This document shows positions 63,713 to 64,000 of a stretch of DNA of 64,000 bases, piece by piece (within the stretch, counting starts at the first letter, position 1; every line of letters begins with the position of its first letter). Origin of the DNA: Squalus acanthias (taxonomy: Eukaryota); NCBI GenBank assembly GCA_030390025.1, contig CM059431.1:144958001-145022000 (forward strand), read 5' to 3'. The notes beneath the pieces were generated by a model. The model had not been told where the DNA came from and did no database searches. It was given only the letters and a program-made list of their open reading frames with translations. Position numbers and translations under genes: made by a program.

Positions 63713-64000
63713 TAATTCCATTGACATTAATGGGCGGACAACGCAAGGGGCACAGAATCATAGAATCAGAAAGCACATAAGGAGACCATGCGGCCTATCG
63801 TGCCTCTCCCGGCTCTTTGAAATGGGTATCCAATTATTCCAACTACCCTGCTTTTTCCTCAAAGCCCAGCAAACCTTGCCTTTCAAAGTAAATATCCGGT
63901 TCTCTTTTAAAGTTGCTATTTGTATAAGGGTGTCAGCAGTGGCTCTGTGGTAGCACACTCGCCTCTGAATCAGATGGTAGTGGGTTTGAGTCCCGCTCCA

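Overview
Eukaryotic (vertebrate) genomic DNA. The repeat complement (CR1 and L2 LINEs, HE1/V-SINE-like and Deu-SINE-like elements, Penelope-like elements, a Gypsy element) points to a cartilaginous fish; this is inference, with no database check. The only host genes I can support are four paralogous two-exon class A GPCR genes resembling GPR139/GPR142, arranged as A(-) 11423-12834, B(-) 23885-25247, C(+) 38775-40458 and D(+) 57851-59213. A is intact. B is open but lacks the ECL2 cysteine. C is frameshifted and D carries one nonsense codon. All four share a 70-nt first coding exon, a phase-1 intron inside TM1, a conserved ~25-bp motif ~130 bp upstream of the ATG, and upstream arrays (a short remnant for A) of one related satellite family (26, 47, 48 and 49 bp units) in the same orientation relative to the gene. 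B and D lie in a large inverted segmental duplication, and a third copy of the 3' flank at 465-3420 suggests a further gene left of the window. The mobile-element highlights are a 1.3-kb fold-back Penelope palindrome with TSD and hammerhead-like motifs, a second Penelope with twin-priming geometry, and a Gypsy element whose primer-binding position is complementary to its own LTR. Repeat boundaries were placed by eye and are approximate unless stated otherwise.
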